Shown piece after piece: positions 63,449 to 64,000 of a DNA stretch of 64,000 nt (positions are counted from its first letter, which is position 1; every line of letters begins with the position of its first letter). The translations under genes and the position numbers were made by a program. The DNA is taken from assembly GCA_963730605.1 (NCBI GenBank), contig CAVSSM010000002.1:288001-352000 (forward strand). The letters are read 5' to 3'. Source of the DNA: an uncultured Chlamydiae bacterium. Lineage in GTDB: Bacteria; Chlamydiota; Chlamydiia; Chlamydiales; SM23-39. Under the pieces are notes generated by a model, which ran no database searches, was not told the DNA's origin, and worked only from the letters and a program-made list of their open reading frames with translations.

Positions 63449-64000
63449 ATGAGTTACAATGTAATTTTTTCAGCGATGACTAGATGGGCCAACAGTCAGG
63501 TCCCTTTAAATACAATTGAAAAGGAGCCTCCAGCGGCCCCTGAAAAGTTGCCTTCATTGATCGCATCTATTGGGAATTGGCTTGCCCGATCATCTTCAGA
63601 GGATCAGAAGCCGCTCACCCCGACCCCAATTCAGGTCACCTCAAGTCAGCAAACTCAGAGCATCCGCATAGATCATCAGTCTCTCGAGGAACCTTTGAAG
63701 GATCAGGTTTATATAAAAATTGATGTAAAAGCTAAGTTGAATTTTCGGGATTTTTTATCTCCCAATGAACAAAGTCCAAAGAACGTAAAGCCACACCTTG
63801 AGCCAATGTCTCAAGGATTGATGGTGTCAACGGGTACCGAAAGAAGCTTTTATGACCTTTTGCTCAGCAGTGAAGAGAAATGCACAGGGCTCGTAGTAAG
63901 AGATATTAACCCAAGAGTTAAGGCCTATGTAGACTTTGTGATCCTTCTTCTTCGAATTTGCGATACAAGAGAAGAATTTCTGAAATTATCAAGTAATCCC
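63449..64000 (+). CDS. Hypothetical effector-like protein, partial (runs off the window end)
   Basis: Open from ATG 63449 to the window end (184 codons): MSYNVIFS...FLSPNE...STGTERSFYDLL...VVRDINPRVKAYVDF; AT-rich upstream region. Confidence 0.7.
   Translation, partial: MSYNVIFSAMTRWANSQVPLNTIEKEPPAAPEKLPSLIASIGNWLARSSSEDQKPLTPTPIQVTSSQQTQSIRIDHQSLEEPLKDQVYIKIDVKAKLNFRDFLSPNEQSPKNVKPHLEPMSQGLMVSTGTERSFYDLLLSSEEKCTGLVVRDINPRVKAYVDFVILLLRICDTREEFLKLSSNP

Overview
Bacterial chromosome segment, most likely from an environmental member of the Chlamydiota. This rests on a stand-alone SWIB protein, two EF-P paralogues, and the rpe-efp-accB-accC and hemG-hemN-hemE/tkt/alaS/mfd/amn/efp neighbourhoods I recall from Chlamydia. 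The housekeeping backbone is interleaved with AT-richer accessory islands. These carry effector-like genes: Inc-like paralogues, Pro/Thr-stalk helical-repeat proteins, and a triple caspase-fold-like protein next to a membrane-anchored serpin. They also carry a PLP decarboxylase-MFS pair, three TA modules and an NRPS remnant. Mobile DNA is abundant: IS1634 with a 201-bp target duplication, three near-identical IS630 copies, IS5, IS66, IS481, ISAzo13 and IS3 fragments, and two MITE-like elements. The most striking unexplained signals are: (i) a dispersed hairpin family with an invariant internal loop and compensatory stem changes; (ii) two integrase-free cargo insertions bracketed by a second, diverged copy of a housekeeping gene's 3' tail (mfd, amn); (iii) the protease-serpin pair; (iv) an IS5-end MITE inserted exactly into the ATGA overlap of an MNT-HEPN module. 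Clusters of frameshifts in accBC/efp/yvcK/rpe and mfd look like consensus errors. All calls are by-eye motif recognition; no searches were run.
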